Origin: Octopus bimaculoides
Taxonomy: Eukaryota
DNA: 64,000 bases
NCBI RefSeq assembly: GCF_001194135.2
Contig: NC_068995.1
Span: forward strand, 50,154,852-50,218,851
Reading direction: 5' to 3'
Shown: positions 13,126 to 27,622 of the stretch, one piece after another
Position numbering within the stretch: the first letter of the stretch is position 1
Layout: every line of letters begins with the position of its first letter
Notes under the pieces: model-generated
What the model was told of the DNA's origin: nothing
Database searches by the model: none
What the model saw: the letters and a program-made list of their open reading frames with translations, nothing else
Translations under genes and position numbers: made by a program

Positions 13126-14669
13126 CTGAAATAAGTATAAAATTTCACAGCAAAAGGAAAAAAATCCGAACATTTTTATAATTTGAACATCAATTTATGT
13201 CAATAATGCTGCACTGGTATGAGTATTAAAATCTTTTTGAAAACTAATGTTATCTGTCACTTGTACCAACAGTGGTTCATCGCAAACTTCACACAACTGC
13301 CATATACACTGTCAGTGGCACATTTTCATAATTTGAGAAAATGTTTCATTCTGCATATTTGACATGGTTTTGAGGATATTTAAATAATGCAAGTGCTAAT
13401 ATGAAAGACTGATTATGAAATATTGTAAAAATGCAAAAAAATTACATTCCTTTGTAATTAATCTGTATGCATTGTGACTGGAAATACATGGCCTCACCAG
13501 TGAGTTCCAGTAACAGGCTGAGGCAGTTAACATGTTAAAATGTGAGGTAAAGATAGTTTGCCAACATAACATGGCAGTCCTGGTTTAGGACGAATGTCAT
13601 TAGTTTCACCATGTTATGTTGGCAAACAATCTTTAATACAAAGTACTGTTGCTGAATATCTCTTGTTGTGAGATTTTAAAATAGTAATTTTTTAATTTAA
13701 AATGTGCTTAGCTAACGAATATCTGAAAAAATTCAGAACTTTATCAAGCCTATCAAAAGGCCTTTGACCTCAACATGGCCTTTGGCCCTGCAAAATATTG
13801 TCGGATGAATGCCACTGGCATTTATTTTATTGCCCTATCACCCAGCCATAGAAGAAAAACAAAGCAGATTTCTGAAGAGATTGATAAAAGAATTCTTTTC
13901 TAGGCATCATCATATCTGCAGTAGAAAATATTTACGAGTTAAAAAATCAATAAGGCTGAAAGGTGGCACAATCTGGAATCAAACTTAGTCATTGAGAACA
14001 ATGTCATTATCTTCCAGGACAAATCTATTCATATAGATAAAGTGATAAAAATTAACAAGCCTGAGATCATTTTTAAGAGGCACATATCTATCTGTGTGGC
14101 CATATTGTCTGAAAGAAATACCTCCATGAAAGTACAAATATGTGAAGAGTGAAATCGAAAGGATTGGGAGTGTAGCAACCAAAACAGGCCATGTCAGATA
14201 CTTCTAAAGAACTCATATCACCATTCTTCTTTTGTGTGTCACTTGAAAAAAACTTTTGAAATTAAGGTATTACATGGATTTAAGTCATTGAAAAGAAAAC
14301 TGTTGCCAGAGTTCTGAGTAAATAAGTTCTGCCGACACAATCTTGAATAGGGTGTGAGAAACATGTCTTGACGAGATTAGGAAAGAATGTGTCAACAAAA
14401 AATAAAAGAATGACAAAACTCAGAGTTAATCCGTCCACTAAAAATAGAGTATTTAGTTGTGAATGCCAATAGAAGGGGAGTTACATGTAAACTAAGTTCA
14501 TAACTCACTTCTCAGGCTTTTTTCGATGAACTCATTCCAATTGATAAAAAGTTGATGAGGGACCAACTTTAGGGTAGCTTTGAATTCTAGAAATATCAAC
14601 CAAACTCACTTCATGTAACACTGAGGAGAAGGACATAAAGGAAGAAGACAGGACACCAACAGACTAGAG

Positions 14670-15068
14670 CAGTGTTTCTCAACCTCTTTACTCTTGCATA
14701 ACCCTTAAAATAAATTACACGTCTCAAGGAACCCCTGTACAGAAGCTTGTGGCCCTTCAATACTAGCCTCATCCAAATTTACTGAATGTTTTCGCTTCAA
14801 AAACCACCACATTGGGTTATTAGGTGTAAAAATAAAGAAAAAAAATACAGGGTGTCCATAAATTACAGACATCACTAAATATATCCTCAATGGTTGTTAT
14901 ATTCTTTTGATAACATAATAGGCTAGATAGGATGATGTCTATATTACAATAACCAATAATATGTTATACATGTATAATATTACAATCATGAAATTAGCAT
15001 TAGCTTATCTCACTCTTTCTCGCGGAACCCCTAGGAACCTTTTGAGGAACCCCAGCTGAGAAACGCTG
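14670..15068. mobile_element. hAT (Charlie-like) MITE
   Basis: TIRs cagtgtttctcaac / gctgagaaacgctg; perfect 8-bp TSD gactagag (14662-14669 and 15069-15076). Confidence 0.85.
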
Positions 15069-15231
15069 GACTAGAGGCTGGAGCGTGTCCAAAGAAAGAA
15101 GATAGGATATCTATTGACTAGTGGCTGGCGTATGTCCAAAGGAAGCAGACACGACACCAATGGGCTAGAGGCTGGAACATGTCCATTAGTGATTGAGTGT
15201 GAACAGATTAGAGAGGTTATCAAAGATAGAA

Positions 15232-15278
<47 letters not shown>

Positions 15279-15641
15279 TATATATATAGCGTTTAACTCT
15301 ATTACTTGCATTTTTTTGCTCACAATGAGGAGGAGAGTCAACAAGATTATATAATGTTTCAACAAATAGTTACACAATCCTGGCAGAAATTTGATAAGGT
15401 GTGTGTATGTTTTATAACGCATAAGATACCAATTGTTTCCTACATTTTACGAATGCGATAACATGACTCATATTTTGCCCACTAGCCTATCCTGTGGATT
15501 GATGCCCCTACATCATACTGTAATAGATATGAGTGGAGTGTGGGTTCTACTACTCAGCCTGAAATTGGTTACATGTCAAGTTTCACAGTACAAATATATT
15601 CTCTCTCTTTCTCTTCCTATGTATGTATGTATGTGTGCGTG

Positions 15642-15719
<78 letters not shown>

Positions 15720-16214
15720 TATATGCATGTATATGTATACACAAACACACACATCGTCATCATCATCGTTTAATGTCCGTTGTCCATGCTGGCATGGTTT
15801 CTATGGCTGCATGCCCTTCCTAACGCCAGCCACTTTACAAAGTGTGCTGGGTATTTTCATGTGGCACCACATGGGCACTTTTACATGGCACTGCCACAAG
15901 TGCTTTCACCACCAGAGGGACTGGTCTTGACACTTCTGCTGTGGAGTACGGGTCTTCTTGAGTACAGCAAGGTGCCAAACATCTCGGTCCTTTGTCATCT
16001 CGCCTACCTGACCACAGCTGTCTTAACCCACCGAGTCACTGTGGTCAGACCTCCAAGCCTAAAGTGTGGGGTCAGATTGCATGGCTCTCACTTTAAAACT
16101 AAGCACAGGCAGGGAGAAAACCCATGCAGTGATGGAGAAGCATTGAAAGTGACAGGTACTGGATGGTACTGGCAGTCACAGGCTCAACTCTACATGTAGG
16201 CAGTCTCTGTCTTC

Positions 16215-16460
16215 CTCATAACATTCAGAAATAGAAAGAAAAAAACTGCCGTCAAACAGTTACTCGACCCAGATTAGAAGTTCAGGTTTATACCTGTAAT
16301 TATTGGGGCACTGGGATATGCAACAAACTGTCTAAGCACCAATCTTGAGAAATTAGGCTTCTCAAAACTAGAAAGAAGAAAGCTGATTCCAAGACTACAA
16401 ATCCAAGCCACCACTGGAACTGTAAAAATTAGTAAAACTTTCCAAAGGTTTACCATTTAA
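16215..16460 (+). mobile_element. 3' remnant of a restriction-like-endonuclease (R4/HERO/NeSL-type) non-LTR element
   Basis: FRFIPVIIGALGYATNCLSTNLEKLGFSKLERRKLIPRLQIQATTGTVKISKTF; PV.IGALG is typical of REL-domain C-termini. Confidence 0.5.
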
Positions 16461-17153
16461 GTATATCTGTACATATCTAAACATGCAACTATACACAAGA
16501 GAATACAAACATAAAACAAAACACACAAATCTGACTCCAAACACTGCAAACACACACACCTACTAAAATACCCTGCTGATGTTGATGACATTCCAATGAA
16601 AGAGCTTTAGATCTAGGTTAGAAACTGGCTCTTTCTCTATTGGCAAGAAATCTTGAAATAAAACTGAACAATGAAACACACACACACATACATTAATAAA
16701 AGAAAAATAAATAAATTCTTAGGTTGTTATTTTTCTCATTTATAAACATTCCCGTGAACCTGGTTTCTTATAACTATTTTGGTGAACCTGGAATCGCATG
16801 GGCGGAACATGTGTATCTGTTTCTGAAACAGGTTAGATTAAACTTAAAAGTTTAAGGCTAGGCAGGTTAGTAGGTACTCAGTATTGTTAGAATATATTAT
16901 CACAATGAATCATACTTAAATTTATTTTTCAACAGATAATAGCTAATCTGAAAAGTACCTAGTAACAGATAAAATTATACACAAATACGCACACAAATGC
17001 CAAATACACCCACACATGTACACAAACTATATCACACCATTGTGACATTTTTCAGGCAGAATTTGGTTGAAGCCATCTTTATACATACTATATACTTCCA
17101 TTTTTCAGACAGGTTTAGCTGCTGTTTCTAGCAGGTTGGGTGACTGTGTAGAA

Positions 17154-17379
17154 CAGCGTTTCTCAAATGGAGTCCATATAAGATTTTGTAGTTAAAATTG
17201 GTTATACATCAACAACACTTTTAACAATTTTTAACAATTTGTTTTCATACAATTCCTAAATAATATTAAACTATAAAAATATAATAGGATTTTTTAAACA
17301 TCAAATGGCTATGAAGGTTCATCTAAGTAAAATAAGAATCAATGGGGTCCTCAAGGCAAAAAATGGCTGAGAAACACTG
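17154..17379. mobile_element. hAT (Charlie-like) MITE
   Basis: TIRs cagcgtttctca / tgagaaacactg; 8-bp TSD gtgtagaa / gtgtagat (7 of 8 match). Confidence 0.8.
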
Positions 17380-17513
17380 GTGTAGATCTCTCCTCAGATT
17401 AGTAGAGTAGATTTTGGCTATGAAACATAATACTATTATCTCTCAGATCCATTTCTTGTAGCTACCACTATGAGCTGTATTAAATACCATCAAATAAGCT
17501 TGTACATTGTTTT

Positions 17514-17548
<35 letters not shown>

Positions 17549-18480
17549 TTGTGCCACAATGTCTGTTTTGGCATGGTTTCTATGGCTGGATGTCCTTCCT
17601 AGTGCTAATCCCTTTACAATGTGTACTGGGTGTTTTCTTTGTGACCCCCAACACTAGTGAGGTTTCCATGCAAGAGTAAAGCTCTTTTCGACTGAGTGGG
17701 GCTACAGTAGAGAGGGAAGCGACTTGAAACCTTGCTAGATCAGATTGGAGCCTGGTGCAGCCTCCTGGCTTGCCAGTCCCTAGTCAAACCGTCCAACCCA
17801 TGCCAGCATGGAAAACGGACGTTAAACAACAGGTTTCTTGCTGCAGAGGAGGTACATGACTACTCACATTATAGAAGAGAGGATAGGATTGACCAAGGTA
17901 GAGCTGGAAGGTTATAGAAATAGTGATGAAATTCTGTATTGAATACCCCACCCAAACACAAATCAGTGTAAGAAAAGAACGTTTGTGTTGTGTGTGTGTG
18001 AATGTGTGTGGCTGAGTGAAAATAAATTACTTCACAATGTGTTTGAGTAGACATATAAAGTAGATCGTGAAAGAGTTTGAAAAACATTATCATGAGATGA
18101 AAGTAGAGTTTTACTTGAACAAAATGGATCTAGGATGTGAAAGAAATAGTGACCGAGCCAAATAAGTATGAGAAAATATTTCAATAAAGTGATGTAATAT
18201 TTCATCATCAACATTTCAACACCCAATTCTCCATGCTTGCATGGTCAGATGGAATTTGTTGAGGCATATTCTCTATGGCTAGATGCTCTTCCTCTTGCCA
18301 ACCTTCAACTACTTCCAAGTAAGGTAGTATTATTTCTCCCATGGTCAGACATGCTTTTCACAGAAGATCGGAAACAAAAGACACTGCCATATGACAGGGA
18401 CACTCATTTACAACTATCACGAGATATCAAGATAACAAGGTACCAACTAACACAAGCACACACACAAAGAAGCTTGTCTA

Positions 18481-18525
18481 ATGTATGTATGTATGTATGT
18501 ATGTATGTATGTATGTATGTATCTA

Positions 18526-18608
<83 letters not shown>
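18481..18608. repeat. Compound (ATGT)n(CTGT)n(CTAT)n microsatellite
   Basis: Direct reading. Confidence 0.97.
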
Positions 18609-18609
<1 letters not shown>

Positions 18610-18855
18610 TTCATATATANNNNNNNNNNNNNNNNNNNNNNNNNNNNNNNNNNNNNNNNNNNNNNNNNNNNNNNNNNNNNNNNNNNNNNNNNNNNNNNNN
18701 NNNNNNNNNNNNNNNNNNNNNNNNNNNNNNNNNNNNNNNNNNNNNNNNNNNNNNNNNNNNNNNNNNNNNNNNNNNNNNNNNNNNNNNNNNNNNNNNNNNN
18801 NNNNNNNNNNNNNNNNNNNNNNNNNNNNNNNNNNNNNNNNNNNNNNNNNNNNNNN

Positions 18856-18904
<49 letters not shown>

Positions 18905-19767
18905 TTTAAATTCATTTATGAGGAACATTTTGAATATGCAAATAAAACTGCTATTCTATTATGCTGGTTACAACCTAAGGATGCCAACAGGTAATACTGG
19001 TTCTTTTGGGTCCCACCGAACTATGTAGGATGAGTATAGTAATAAATTTCACCCGAAGAAATGAATGCAAGAACATGACATAACTGTTTCGCTCCGAGCA
19101 TGTAATGTTTGGTCAACCCATTTATTAAACATAATGCCACAAATGGACGAACAGACAAACAAAAGAAAGAAAAGAAGGAAGGAGGAAGAAAGAAAAATAA
19201 ATACCCACCTACCTACCCAATATACTATGTTAGTTTAAACACTTGTTAGACATGTCCAACCTAATGACACACCACCACATCAACAACCATGGTGATGATA
19301 ATGATGATGATGATGACAATGGAAATTAAGTTTGCCTTTCGTCTTTTTGTGAGTCAATAAAATAACATACCAGTCATGTACTAGTGTTGACTAACTTGAC
19401 TAACACCCTCCTCTCAAAATTCAAGGAGCTGTGCCTATGGCAGGAACAAATATTATGGCGAGATGGTAGAATTGTTAGCACGTTGGGCAAAATGCTAAGC
19501 AGCTTTTGTCCATCTTTACATTCTGAGTTCAAATTCCACCAAGGTCGATTTTGCCTTTCATCCTTTTGGGGGTCAGTAAAATAAGCACTAGTTATGCACC
19601 GGGGTCAATGAAATCGACTTACTCCTCCCCGTAAGATTGCTGGCCTTGTGCCAAAATTTGAAACCGTTATTGTCACTGCTATTACTACCACTAATATCAC
19701 CGACACCACTACTAACATTTTCATAACCAACTTCAAAGGTATTTCTAACACCTCCAACCACCATTTA

Positions 19768-19875
19768 ACAACAACAACAACAACAGCAGCAGCAACAACA
19801 ACAACAGCAGCAGCAGCAACAACAACAGCAGCAGCAGCAGCAACAACAACAACAGCAGCAGCAGTAGCAGCAGCA
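19768..19875. repeat. (AAC/AGC)n trinucleotide repeat, intronic
   Basis: Direct reading; lies in INTS14 intron 4. Confidence 0.95.
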
Positions 19876-20714
19876 TTGTTATTATTGCTGACAACAACAA
19901 AGATAATCTTATTTTCGTCAATATTATCATTATGGCTTTGACAACAATGATATTTATTATCATTATTATTGGCTCAAATAAAGATTGCAAAAGGTTATGG
20001 ATACACCAAGAAAGCACCATGTGTTTTTTAAACATGTGTTGTAGATTGTTGTTATTGCCGTTCTTATTTTAGATCTGTTCTTTTCTTTCTCCCCATGGCA
20101 GCATCAAGTAAAAAGCACCTGTATTGATGTCACATTAAGACCGCCCCTGCTGATGCTATGTTAAGTGCACCTATGCTGGTGTCACATAAAAAGCACCCAT
20201 GCCAGCACCGAATATATAGCACCTGTGCCAGCATCATTTAAAAAGTACCCATGCTGGCACTATATAAAATAGCACCTGTGCTGGCACTATATAAAATAGC
20301 ACCTGTGCTGGCACAATGTAAAGAGCAATGTGCTGGCACCATGTAAAAGGCACCTGTGTTTGTGCCATGTAAAAAAACACCTGTGCTAGCGTCACATAAA
20401 AAGTACCCATGCTGGCACTATATAAAAGGCATCCACTACACACTGTGAAGTGGCTGGTGTTAGGAAGGGTATATATTCTGGTTAAATTTACAATTCAAGT
20501 ATTGGATAAAGTCTTTATAGGAATTTATCAAGGAGTTAGCGTGAAAAAACCTCATAAGGGAAAAATCCATCAATTATTCCCTATAAATATATTTATTTAT
20601 ATTAAGGGCTTACTATACATAAATGCCTCACGCTAGGAGGGACTCTAAAAGTCAAACTACCACTTCATGCTAATTACTTGATAAATTCTTATAAAAACTT
20701 TATCCTATACTTGA

Positions 20715-20752
<38 letters not shown>

Positions 20753-21550
20753 AACCCACCACCATTCTTCCCAGCATCCCTCTATCTTCCCCAACTCCAG
20801 ACTCATTGGTATCACCCTACCCAATTTTTATATTTGCAGACTGCTTCCCCATCCCTTCATCCCATACAATCTTGCACTCCCCACCAACCTACCTCACTTC
20901 TATTCACTTTATGCTTTGAGGGGGCCACCTGGGTACCTCATCTTCCTTATCTATCTTTTCTCAGCCCCTACTGACCATTCTCTCCCTCCCCAACTAATTG
21001 TGAAGATCTTCTACAAGAATACGTCCTACCCCCCACCCCAGCCTCTCACACACTTCCATCTCTCATCTCCTAGCTTAAGGTTAACCATCCGCATCCTCAG
21101 GTTTCCCATCTTCATTGTACATCCTATTAGCCAGAATTTTTGCATGGAGTGCTAACAGGTATTTACCTGGATTTCTTCAGTCCCTACTTCCTATCACAAC
21201 ACACACACACACACACACGACAGGTTTCCATGAGGGGGCATAACTGAGTGGTTAGAGTGTTGCACTCAAGATCACAAGATCATGGATTCAATTCCAGATC
21301 CAAGTGATACATTACTTCTTCGCACATTACTCTGCAATCATTTCAACACCTGACAAATGGTACACCACCATGCACCTCTTCAGGCAACGTTGATTTGATG
21401 GAGGAAGTGAGCTAATGTATGTGTTGTACATTTAATCACTATAAACAAATAATTTGTGTAGATTGTTTCCAACAACTTTTACTCACAGGCCAAAGGTTCA
21501 ACACAGTAAGATTGAACCCAGAACCATTTCATTGTCAAATTACAACTTAC

Positions 21551-21693
21551 CTTCTTTATGCTTGTCTTTGACGCAGGGTAAGACAAGATGTCGTGAAAGA
21601 ATTGGTGGACTGGCTATATCGGCAATATCCAAAAAGCCGCAGATTTCTAATTTGGAACCAATTTTGGCATCGATAATATCAAAGTCTTTTACT
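21551..21693 (-). CDS. INTS14: INTS14 coding exon 4
   Basis: cacttcag|VKDFDIIDAKIGSKLEICGFLDIADIASPPILSRHLVLPCVKDKHKE|gtaagt; 143 nt, phase 2/1; resembles LEIVGFIDIADISSPPVLSRHLVLP. Not in the ORF track. Confidence 0.93.
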
Positions 21694-22399
21694 CTGAAGT
21701 GAGAAGATGAAGAAGTGGTGACATCAAAGATAGCTTTTAAAGTGAGTTCAAGGAAGTAGATTGAAATTTTTTAAATGTTTGTAAAAACTGGTTATTTTTT
21801 AAAACTAATACTATTCTTTCGTCAAAATAAATTTAGAACTGGATATAGAATACATTTATGTATTTCAGTCAAATGTGAGTGCAAGAACACATGAAAGAGA
21901 ATCAGACAACTAGAGTATTATGTAAGAGAGACAGCTTTTAAATTGTTCTTTACTAACAAGTAAAGATGTCCACACTGTAAAATGGTTGGCCTTTGGAAGG
22001 GCATCCAGTTGTAAAAACCCTGCTAAAACTGACCTTGCTTGTGTTCATGTCATGTAAAAAGCACTCAGTCCATTCTGCTGGTGGTTGGTGTTAGGAAGGG
22101 GATCCAGCCATAAAAACCCCTGCCAAAACAGACACAGAAGTCTGGTGCAGGCTCCTGCTTGGCCAGTTCCTATCAAACTGTCCAACTCATGCCAGCATGG
22201 AAGGCGGATGTTAAATGATGATGATGATGAACAAAAGTTCTGCCAGTCACTTGCACAGCATGTTGAAAAAAACCAGCCAAACTTTATTTCCTTCAATCCA
22301 TATCCTAGCAAGGAATGTACTAGAAAACATAGTCCACACACACTACGTCGAATAAAACAGATGAGATGGTCAAGGCTGGAATAGCTCGGGGATTAGGGA

Positions 22400-22690
22400 G
22401 TCTCTCCAGGTCAACCCACTACCGAGAAGTCACAGGTCTGGTATTATGGACAAATAATTAGAATGATGTATAAAAGAATAACAAAATGGATTCGCCAAGC
22501 TGAGCCAACCAGCAAGAGACTGAGGGGTAGACCAAGAATGATTAGGGTTGGACAATATCCTTAGTCTTGGTTGGTCACACTTTGCAATCCAGGTGGAAAG
22601 TGTAATGACTACTGCTTCTGACAAGTCTCTATGGGGGAGGTGCTGAAGACTACCCACAATACCCTTCCATGAGGCTGTAAAGAGATGTGT
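22400..22690 (+). mobile_element. RTE (Expander/Rex3-like) LINE fragment
   Basis: Degenerate KRLRGRPR...W...LAW-like C-terminal segment. Confidence 0.4.
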
Positions 22691-24465
22691 GTTATTTAAA
22701 ACCAAAAATAAAAATAAAAAATAGAGGTAGATTGAAAGGAAAGTCAAAGACTGAGAGGCAGCCAAAGCAAGCGAAAACAGAGTTAAAGAAAGAGGAGCTT
22801 ACACTGCTATCAAGAAATAGACATGGAAGGATGGACAGATGGACTGATAGACAGATATACAGAAATAGATAGACTGAGTATTTGACATTATAACTAACTA
22901 AATGGCAGGTACAGAAGATAACAACATCAGACGAACAATAGCAGATATTTTGTTTCTTTGTTATTTACTGATCATTATTTTGATATCTGCTATATGTTGA
23001 GCATATTTTTAAAAAATGCTGGAAGGTCAAAGTGTCAACAGGAGTGTTAAGTGGTCTCCAAAAATCAAACATGATTAGGTAAGTTAGTAAAGCAAAGAAG
23101 AGCAGTGTTGATGTGTTTAGCCAACCATCCCATACTGGTTGTGCCCAATCTAAATATATACAGGACAATGTCCTAAAGATAAAACTGTAAACACAGTCTG
23201 GTTTACATTATTGCAACAGAATGGCATCTATTAAAGACATTAAAAAAACAAGGCAGGGATTTAGAACAGATATATGCAGACAGGCATTCCAGTTATGACA
23301 ATCCTGTCGTTCCCTCTCTATCCCTCTTTTGTGTTTTTGTCAAGACAGTCTATCATGGACAACATTATCCAATGAGATTTTTTCCTCTTTAAGATGTTAG
23401 GATATGATTAGTGTGATGTAGGTTTGTCAGAAGTAGATGGAGATTTTTTTCTTCTGCACTCTTTGTTGTAAACCAAAGCAGTCAGTAAGTTGTTGTATGT
23501 GATAACGTGCAGTGTCCATTGTCTGGTTATGAAACCAATCCTAAAAGCGGACATTGAAGTTTGAAGTTTACTATAAACATAATATATTGATTGTTGAACT
23601 CAAAATATCTTGCTTCAAGTACTTTGACAAGGTTCTTGAGTTAAAAGTGGCTCAATAGCTCCATGCTAGTGCAGAGTGGTTTGTAGGCAGCTCTGATAAG
23701 CCGTTTCTAGACAGAAAGTCAGTAGTGGGGGTGCTAGAAAAAGAATAGCCTGGGCAAAGGTCAGAGAGCTCCTACCTCTGCTGGTAACAAAGGGCCTCTC
23801 ACTCAGTCAAACTGTCCAACCCATGCCAGCATAGAAAATGGATGTTAAATGATGATGACGCTGATATATATGTGTGTGTGTGTGTCTTTGTGTTCATGTT
23901 TGTCCTCCACTACCACCACTTAACAAGTGCTGGTTTGTTTACATCCACTTCACTTATGAAGTTAACAAAAGAGGCTGATTGAATAAATATCCAGGCTTTC
24001 AAAAATAAGTGCCAAGGTCAATTCTTTCAACTTATCTGATCATTCTGGTGCACAGAATATAAAGCATTTACGAAATTTTGTTGCAATCTTAATCAGATAA
24101 TCTGAGATTAGCCATTAATGTTCAATTATGCATTCATAACCAGATACCAAAAACAGTTCTTGGTCATATGCATATTGTTGTTGTTGGCACTCCGTCGCTT
24201 ACGATGTCGAGGGTTCCAGTTGATCCGATCAACGGACCAGCCTGCTCGTGAAATTAACATGCANNNNNNNNNNCGGACCAGCCTGCTCGTGAAATTAACA
24301 TGCAAGTGGCTGAGCACTCCACAGACACGTGTACCCTTAACGTAGTTCTCGGGGATATTCAGCATACATGTCGAATTTTTCAGACCAAAAATTTACAGCC
24401 AAGAAGGTGGGTTGACTTATACACCAAGATAACTTTGGAGGAACAAAAATTATGAGTGAAATGCA

Positions 24466-24745
24466 GCAGGACATATGGCATAGTGGTTAAGAGCGCAGGC
24501 TACTAACCCCAAGATTCCGAGTTCGATTCCAAGCAGTGACCTGAACAATAGCAACAACAACAACAACAACAACAACATTGAAAAATATCTTAGGAATGAG
24601 AACCCAGGTTCAAAATTTCCCCAAAACACCTGAAGAAGGCTGGAGAGTATATCAGCCGAAACGTTGTGTTAACAACAAACAAGATGAAGACAAATATCCG
24701 TCAAATGTAAATAATGTACATAATTCCTCATCTCTTAAATATAGA
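24466..24745 (+). mobile_element. tRNA-headed SINE-like element
   Basis: A box tggcatagtgg, B box gagttcgattcc, then (AAC)n and ctgaagaaggc...gccgaaacg; does not form a convincing tRNA cloverleaf. Confidence 0.6.
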
Positions 24746-25200
24746 ACTGCACAGAATATATATTTTAAGAAACTTTGAACTTCAATATTTATTTGCCTAT
24801 GCATTTAATTCACCATTTAAATCTTACTCCATATTTTTTTTTAACTCCCCACTACTAGTAAAAGGATTATTAAAATTGGTCTGATTTGTGGGAGGAATGA
24901 CTGGGTTAATTGTTTTGGACAGGACCTAGGTGATACATAGTTGGAATGAGAAGAAGAAAAGACAGAGTTGAGGTTTTGTGTAAGCCAGGACAGAGGATGT
25001 GGGTATGCAGCCAGCTAGTCCAGAAGAGCAGTGGCTATTGTAGTAGCATAGAGGAGGCAAGGAGGAGTCAGTGAGCCTTTGGTGACACATGGCTGAGATG
25101 ATGAGATAATGACGAACAGGTGTCTTCCTCTCAGCTGAGCCCTTGACAGAGAAGCTATATAGCTAAAGCCAGAAGAATAACAGCTGTTGTAGCCATATAT

Positions 25201-25306
<106 letters not shown>

Positions 25307-27622
25307 AATGTGTCTGTGAATCAATGGCTGTAACGTGCTGATGATTGAATCTTAGGTAATTGTAAACAGTCACAGATGTTTGTATGGTGTAGCATAGTGC
25401 TGTCCCGGATATGTGAACAGTACTTTAACGTGTACCATACAGACATAAAATAGGCATACAAATATACAGACATACAAATATACAGGCATACAAACAGAGC
25501 TTCCCTTCCTTACATTTTAGTTCAGTATAATCAATATCAGGAGACATTTCGAATGACCTAAATAAACACAGGTAAGACAGATGTTCAATGAAAAGATAAT
25601 TTAACTATGCCAAGGACATCAAAACAAATAAAATTATGATAAAACATTAAATATATTTGTCCTGTTGTTTTCATCAGGAACATAGTATGAAATACCATAA
25701 GATATTTATTTCAGCTTTTCATGTTCTGAGTTCAAATCTTGCTGAGGTCAACTTAGCTGTTCATCCTTTCAGGAGCAGAAAAAATAAAGTAGCAGTCATG
25801 TACTAGGGTTAATGCAATCAACAAACCCTCTCCTGGCCTTGTACTTAAATCATAAACAATAATATAGGCAAGCAGGGCTGTGTGGTAAGAAGCTTGCTTC
25901 CCAACCACATGGTTCCGGGTTCAGTCTCACTGCGTGACACCTTGGGCAAGTGTCTTCTACTATAGCCTTAGGCCGACCAAAGCCTTGTGAGTGCATTTGG
26001 TAGGCAGAAAATGAAAGAAGCTTGTCGTATATATATATATATATATATNNNNNNNNNNNNNNNNNNNNNNNNNNNNNNNNNNNNNNNNNNNNNNNNNNNN
26101 NNNNNNNNNNNNNNNNNNNNNNNNNNNNNNNNNNNNNNNNNNNNNNNNNNNNNNNNNNNNNNNNNNNNNNNNNNNNNNNNNNNNNNNNNNNNNNNNNNNN
26201 NNNNNNNNNNNNNNNNNNNNNNNNNNNNNNNNNNNNNNNNNNNNNNNNNNNNNNNNNNNNNNNNNNNNNNNNNNNNNNNNNNNNNNNNNNNNNNNNNNNN
26301 NNNNNNNNNNNNNNNNNNNNNNNNNNNNNNNNNNNNNNNNNNNNNNNNNNNNNNNNNNNNNNNNNNNNNNNNNNNNNNNNNNNNNNNNNNNNNNNNNNNN
26401 NNNNNNNNNNNNNNNNNNNNNNNNNNNNNNNNNNNNNNNNNNNNNTATATATATATATTTATGTGTGTGTGTGTGTCTTTGTGTCTGTGTTTGTCCCGCA
26501 ACTAGCATGACAACCAATGTTGGTATGTTTACATCCCCATAACTTAGCAGTTCAGCAAAAGGGACTGATAGAATAAGTACAAGACTTACAAAGAATAAGA
26601 CCTGGAGTCCCCTCCCCCAAATTTCAGGCCCTGTGCCTATAGTAGAAAGGATTATTGTTATTAACATTATTATTATTATTATCATTATTATTATTATTAT
26701 TATAAAGGCAGTGAGCTGGCAGAATCATTAGGAAGTTTGGCAAAGTGCTAAGCAGCATTTCTTCAGGGTTTTTACATTCTTCTGTTCAAATCTCACCATG
26801 GCTGACTTTCGTCATTTCGTGTTTGATAAAATAAAGTACCAGCCGAGTACTGGGAGTCAATGTAGTCAACTCCCCGCCACTTTCCCTGCTAAAAATATTT
26901 CCGGGTCTTATGCCAAAATTTGACACTGTTATTATCATCATATTAAAAGTTCTATTGCTACAGACTGCAGCATTGGATTCACTTACATCGCATCTGTAAT
27001 AAAATAACAACAAAAAAGAAAAAAAAAATTAAATCCGTTAGTTGCTCTTATGACCTCCACTTAAATGTTTGTAGAACTAATTTGATTCTTGCTTCCTGTT
27101 GGAATATGTAAATATTTTACAAGGAAGAGCTGAACATTTACCCAATTTACCCTCTGTCTGTTTCTCTCTCTCTCTCTCTCTAAACATAACTTTACTGCAT
27201 TCGTTGTGAATTTATTCTCAAACTATTTCCTTTCGTTAATTGCCAACTAATTCTCTATAATTAAGTCATAATTACAGCATAATTATGTATGAGTTTTGCA
27301 GAACCCATGATCGGTGATGGTTACTGGCAGAATTGTTCTACACAAGTGGTGTCTTTATTCACCATTGTCAACCATGTTGCTGCCGTCACTGCCACCACTG
27401 CTATCATTACCATTAACCATCACCATCACCATCATTGAATCAGCATCACCATCATCATCATCATTGTCATATAACAAAAACCCACTTAAGGCATAATACA
27501 CAAAACATTTAATTTGAAAAATGACTACATAGTCACTCGACATGCTAATAATAGCAACCAAACTTCCTTTAAATCATACCACTCTGCAAAAAAAAATGGG
27601 AATCCCTTTGATTACAGATCTT

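Noticed and set aside
19745-20035. Poly-Leu, poly-Ala/Thr and poly-Gln ORFs
   Set aside because: Translation of an intronic trinucleotide repeat with no splice or homology support.
20200-20420. CRISPR-like short repeats (aaaagcacctgtgctggcac units)
   Set aside because: Degenerate tandem units of the RTE 3' UTR with no unique spacers, in a eukaryotic context.
24233-24303. 31-bp duplication across a 10-N gap
   Set aside because: Assembly overlap artefact inside a SINE.
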